Below, piece by piece: positions 60,452 to 64,000 of a DNA stretch of 64,000 nt. The DNA is from Bdellovibrionales bacterium (lineage in GTDB: Bacteria > Bdellovibrionota > Bdellovibrionia > Bdellovibrionales > UBA1609). How positions within the stretch are numbered: the stretch's first letter is position 1; every line of letters begins with the position of its first letter. The notes beneath the pieces are model-generated. The model had not been told where the DNA came from and did no database searches. It worked only from the letters and a program-made list of their open reading frames with translations. The DNA is taken from positions 224,001 to 288,000 of the forward strand of contig DAHVQG010000002.1 of the NCBI GenBank assembly GCA_027317865.1. Direction: 5' to 3'. The position numbers were made by a program, and so were the translations under genes.

Positions 60452-60881
60452 GTTTTTCTCCTCCTCGTGGGGGGAAAAATTAGCCCCACGACTTTCTGTT
60501 ACTGCAAGAGGAGTCAGCGATCGTGCCAACAGACGAAAAGTAATTGGATTGATTAAGAAAAAATGGATTTTGCTCGAACGTGGCCGAACTTAAAAATGAA
60601 CGCAGTTACGTCCACGAATTTTGAATTTCAATGTGTTATCGCAAACATGATGAAAAGACGTATCTACGTCCATTCGATCACTCAAATTTAGTGCGGAATA
60701 ATTTGGAGAATTAGTTCACGTCGAACAGGACTCGACGCCGGCGGGCCATAATGACTGCTTCATTTCCGGCCGGCACCGGCCCGCATTGATTTAAAGTGCC
60801 TGCATTTTGGGCCGGGCTTTCCGTCGGCTGCGGCTCATATTCGCACCTTTTAATACGGCTTACGATCGTAGAGGCTACTAT

Positions 60882-62933
60882 CTAATTCGTGGGCAACTCC
60901 AAAATGTTTACGCCTATGTCAGTACCGTCAAGCGTGCCACTGCTTGAGTACGGAAGGCCGAGACCGCTTACCCCTATGCCGTGATATAAACTCAAAGGGC
61001 TCAGAGCATATCCGGTGTCTGAAGTGGCTGATCCATAATTCGTAAAACCCACTGCACTATCATTCACTGGTTTGAAATTTCCGGCTGGAACGGTGCTGTC
61101 CTTATTGCCGACAAGCACGTTGTTGACGAACACGGAGTGCGTGCATTGTGGCGGAATCGCATTTGCGAAATGAGATAACGTTGGGCCGGCACCGATGCCG
61201 TACTGGGTAGAATCAAAGATGTTATTGCTCCATACACAATTATTGAGTGCCATATTAACGGTACCAGCGCCAAACCAAATAGTTTCTGGCGCTCCACTAC
61301 TAGCCGTGTCTATGAAACTATTGTGGTCAAAAATCAAATCTCCACCATTGCCTCCCCCGTGCTCGTCGACTCCGGCGAGATTTGAGCCAATCAAGCTAAT
61401 CGCTGTACTAGTCGTTCCGTCGCTTACTGTCTGGATAAATATATTATTACGAAACAAAATACGTTCTGCGGGTTGTGTATCATGGGCGCCCATCGACGCA
61501 TTGTCTTGCATCAATACATTAAAGCCCCCGAACATTGCGTTTGTAAATACATTGTCCGATATCGTGAAATCAGCGAGGTGATACCAAGGATTCGTGCCGG
61601 CCTGATCTCGAGAGGTCAGTACAAATGCTGAGCGCGGCTGACCTGGGGCGCCAGCGTTAGTCAAATAGTTGGAGCTAAACAATACGCGCTGACCGGTTTT
61701 GAATTCAACCATGTTTTTACCTGTGGAGATTGCCGTAACATTAACTGACCCTGCGGTAGTACCAATGGCTGCAGAACTCATTTGGTAAGTTCCCGCTCCA
61801 CCAGGTGTACCCGAAAGTTGGGAAATTATTTTTACGCGTGCCGGAATGTAACTATTAGCATCTTTTGGCGCCATCGTGGGTTGGATAAATCCGTTCGTCA
61901 CTGAGTTTATCGTCAGAATCGATGAGCCGTTGACCACTGAACCTGTACCAACAAAATATGGTTTGTAATAGTCGTTATTTGTGATTGTAATGTCACTCGG
62001 CTCGCTGGGGAACGGTAACGTAGTATCCGAACCGCCAAACAGAGTGGTTTCACCACCTGCTTGTAGATAGTTGTTGTGGATTTTATATGGACCTAAGGAG
62101 TTGATAACGAGGATTGCATTATTGTCGCCGGTCGCTGGATCGAACGCCGTAATGTAGGACCCCACCACCTCCATAAAATTGCCGTCCATGTCTACCGCGT
62201 GGCGCACACCGTATGTGGGGCTTCCAGTGATGTAACATCTGTCGATCGTAATGTTAGATGCAAGCGTTGAGGGCGAAATGTCTTTATTGTTGAAATTGAT
62301 GTCGTAAAAATTTTCACTATTCATTTTCGCATTGGCATCCGTTAACTCAATATCAAGTCCCACTAACCGGTAATATGAAGCACTTATTCCTCTTTTGATG
62401 ATTGGCCCTCCGCCAGTGGATGTGGAGCGTATCGACGCCATATCAGAAACGTCTGAGGGGCTAACTCGCATTCCGGCGGTTGGTAGACCAGATCCGCCGA
62501 TCTCAGGGGCGTCGGAGGAGATAATATAGATCCATCCAGATCCTGAGCGAGTCGGCAGCGTGAAAGAACTAGATGTCGTGTACGTCGTGCCAGCCTGAAG
62601 TACGATCACATCGCCCAGGTTCCCCGTTGCCGAAGCAGCATCATTGAGCGCCTGTTGCAGCGTCATGCTAGAGTCATGTCCATAGCCAGGAGTATAATAC
62701 GAACCGCGATTTGTATTTGCTGGCAACGGCGGAGAAGAGGTTGTCGAGAATTGCTGGGGTAGTGTGGGCAACGTAGCGCCAAACCACATCTCATTAGAGG
62801 TTCCGCTTGAAGTTGAAGCAGACGTAATTGAAGAGGATGTAAAACCACTAGAGCAATTTTGAAACAGAAACAAAACCGTCAAAAAAGTTAAAACAACTAA
62901 TGAAATACGTTTTAAGCTCCATTTTTGATCCAT
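60882..62933 (-). CDS. Lipoprotein with right-handed beta-helix (pectin lyase-like) repeats
   Basis: LFQNC lipobox, Ser/Thr linker, LQQALNDA..GDVIVL.AG, repeated ITITNN/ILFRNN/IFDHNS/WSNNIF strands. Confidence 0.75.
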   Translation of the reverse strand: MDQKWSLKRISLVVLTFLTVLFLFQNCSSGFTSSSITSASTSSGTSNEMWFGATLPTLPQQFSTTSSPPLPANTNRGSYYTPGYGHDSSMTLQQALNDAASATGNLGDVIVLQAGTTYTTSSSFTLPTRSGSGWIYIISSDAPEIGGSGLPTAGMRVSPSDVSDMASIRSTSTGGGPIIKRGISASYYRLVGLDIELTDANAKMNSENFYDINFNNKDISPSTLASNITIDRCYITGSPTYGVRHAVDMDGNFMEVVGSYITAFDPATGDNNAILVINSLGPYKIHNNYLQAGGETTLFGGSDTTLPFPSEPSDITITNNDYYKPYFVGTGSVVNGSSILTINSVTNGFIQPTMAPKDANSYIPARVKIISQLSGTPGGAGTYQMSSAAIGTTAGSVNVTAISTGKNMVEFKTGQRVLFSSNYLTNAGAPGQPRSAFVLTSRDQAGTNPWYHLADFTISDNVFTNAMFGGFNVLMQDNASMGAHDTQPAERILFRNNIFIQTVSDGTTSTAISLIGSNLAGVDEHGGGNGGDLIFDHNSFIDTASSGAPETIWFGAGTVNMALNNCVWSNNIFDSTQYGIGAGPTLSHFANAIPPQCTHSVFVNNVLVGNKDSTVPAGNFKPVNDSAVGFTNYGSATSDTGYALSPLSLYHGIGVSGLGLPYSSSGTLDGTDIGVNILELPTN

Positions 62934-62964
62934 AATATTATTACACCCGATCGACTAAAACGAC

Positions 62965-64000
62965 TTAGCCTCCGTTTGTCGGATAAGCATACATTGTTAC
63001 ATTTGTCACAGTACCGTTTTGAAAAATACATGGGGCTTGCGAGAACGGGTCGCCTTCACCTTGGTAAGACCCTATATTTGGCATGTAGATGCACGCCTCG
63101 TTAGACTCGCATAATCCGTTATTATTGCCATTTGGGTTATGAACGTAATCAAAATTTATTTCCATAGCATTGGGTAAAAATATATGACCCTCTGGATCAG
63201 TAACAGCGGTATTTCCGTTTACAGCTTGCGGACAAGTGGCGCCTGGCACAAATACCTGGTTTTGGCTATCGCCATTCAAACTGGCGTTTCGAAGCACAGT
63301 ATCGCTTTTCGACAAACGCCAATCCCAAATGCGACAATTCCCACTTGAACATCGTCCGTAATTTGTCGTAGAGGGGAATGCTCCGCCGTCAACCCCCCAA
63401 CCTCTCAAAATTGTTGAAAAGTCGAACCAGTCAAGCGCCGAGGTGTACGCTTCAAGCCCATTTGTATTCGTCGAATTTGAGGTGTCTGTAGTTGTAACCT
63501 TCCCGATGAACGAACTGGCCAGGGTATAAGGTGTGTAAAGGTAGGCCGTCGAAAGATTGCCGCCACCGCCCCAATTTGTCGTCGAACCACCAGACCCATT
63601 TGTTCCGGCACCTGAACTGCCGCCGCTCGTACAAGTGGTGGTAACAAAGCCCGGAGACGCGCCCGCGCTATTTAGCGTGCAGTTTGCAGTGGAATTGTTA
63701 CCGATCAAAACGTAGTTATAAAATGCATTACCTGTGCTGCTGGCGTCCGCCTCAATTCCAGTTTGATCGTCAGTGACAGCCGAATTGTAGATCGCCGAAT
63801 TAGTCGAACCATCCAAAAAAATTCCAATTTTTGAATTCGTAGCAGCAACGTTAACGAAGGTGTTGTTGTTCGCCCCGCTTGCCGGATGAATTGCATAAAG
63901 ATTAATATTTGCGAATGTACCGCCAACTAGTGTGTCGCCTGATGAGTAACTGTGCCAACCATAATCGCCCGAATTCGTCACAGTTGCCTGTACGATGATG
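62965..64000 (-). CDS. C-terminal part of a large Asn/Ser/Thr/Gly-rich extracellular beta-helix protein; 5' end outside the window
   Basis: Frame open to the window edge; NNNTF/SNxx repeats, GRCSSGNCRIWDWRL, NGLCESNEACIY.PNIG.YQG. Confidence 0.7.
   Translation of the reverse strand, partial: IIVQATVTNSGDYGWHSYSSGDTLVGGTFANINLYAIHPASGANNNTFVNVAATNSKIGIFLDGSTNSAIYNSAVTDDQTGIEADASSTGNAFYNYVLIGNNSTANCTLNSAGASPGFVTTTCTSGGSSGAGTNGSGGSTTNWGGGGNLSTAYLYTPYTLASSFIGKVTTTDTSNSTNTNGLEAYTSALDWFDFSTILRGWGVDGGAFPSTTNYGRCSSGNCRIWDWRLSKSDTVLRNASLNGDSQNQVFVPGATCPQAVNGNTAVTDPEGHIFLPNAMEINFDYVHNPNGNNNGLCESNEACIYMPNIGSYQGEGDPFSQAPCIFQNGTVTNVTMYAYPTNGG

Larger units (their letters stand above)
46494..64000 (-). 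mobile_element. Putative integrative conjugative element at the ssrA 3' end; right boundary not found in the window
   Basis: Recombinase abuts ssrA, followed by co-oriented nuclease, FtsK ATPase and VirB-like genes to about 60.5 kb. Membership of genes beyond 60.9 kb is inferred from the lack of a duplicated ssrA end. Confidence 0.8.

Noticed and set aside
60540-60880. Possible distal att site or structured RNA between traR and the beta-helix genes
   Set aside because: No copy of the ssrA 3' end seen; only short, imperfect GC-rich inverted repeats
1-64000. CRISPR arrays, rRNA, IS transposases, prophage structural genes, reverse transcriptases
   Set aside because: No repeat-spacer periodicity or corresponding motifs seen by eye

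Overview
Bacterial chromosomal window, most likely Bdellovibrionota (inferred from the FQNC-type lipoprotein signal, PilZ/PP2C regulators and gene content). Bases 1-46,140 are mostly housekeeping: a lytic transglycosylase-like gene missing from the ORF track, tatA, transketolase, adenosine deaminase, a thiamine-type ABC transporter, nth, citrate synthase, a ~17 kb menaquinone plus shikimate cluster (with an apparent AroK-AroD-AroE fusion), dppA, ung and dapF. A complete tmRNA (ssrA, 46141-46493, tag GNTNFQLAA) is followed directly by a putative integrative conjugative element with all genes on the minus strand. It carries a large serine recombinase whose last 22 codons and stop are read antisense through the tmRNA, a Replic_Relax-like nuclease, an FtsK/TcpA-like ATPase, a minimal VirB2/3/4/5/6/8/9/10-like T4SS, a TraR/DksA plus sigma-region-4 module, and probable beta-helix cargo genes. 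I found no far end of the element in this window. Two element genes appear to start at ATT codons. A candidate C-rich structured sRNA lies at about 45364-45510 (minus strand). All calls come from reading motifs by eye; no searches were run.
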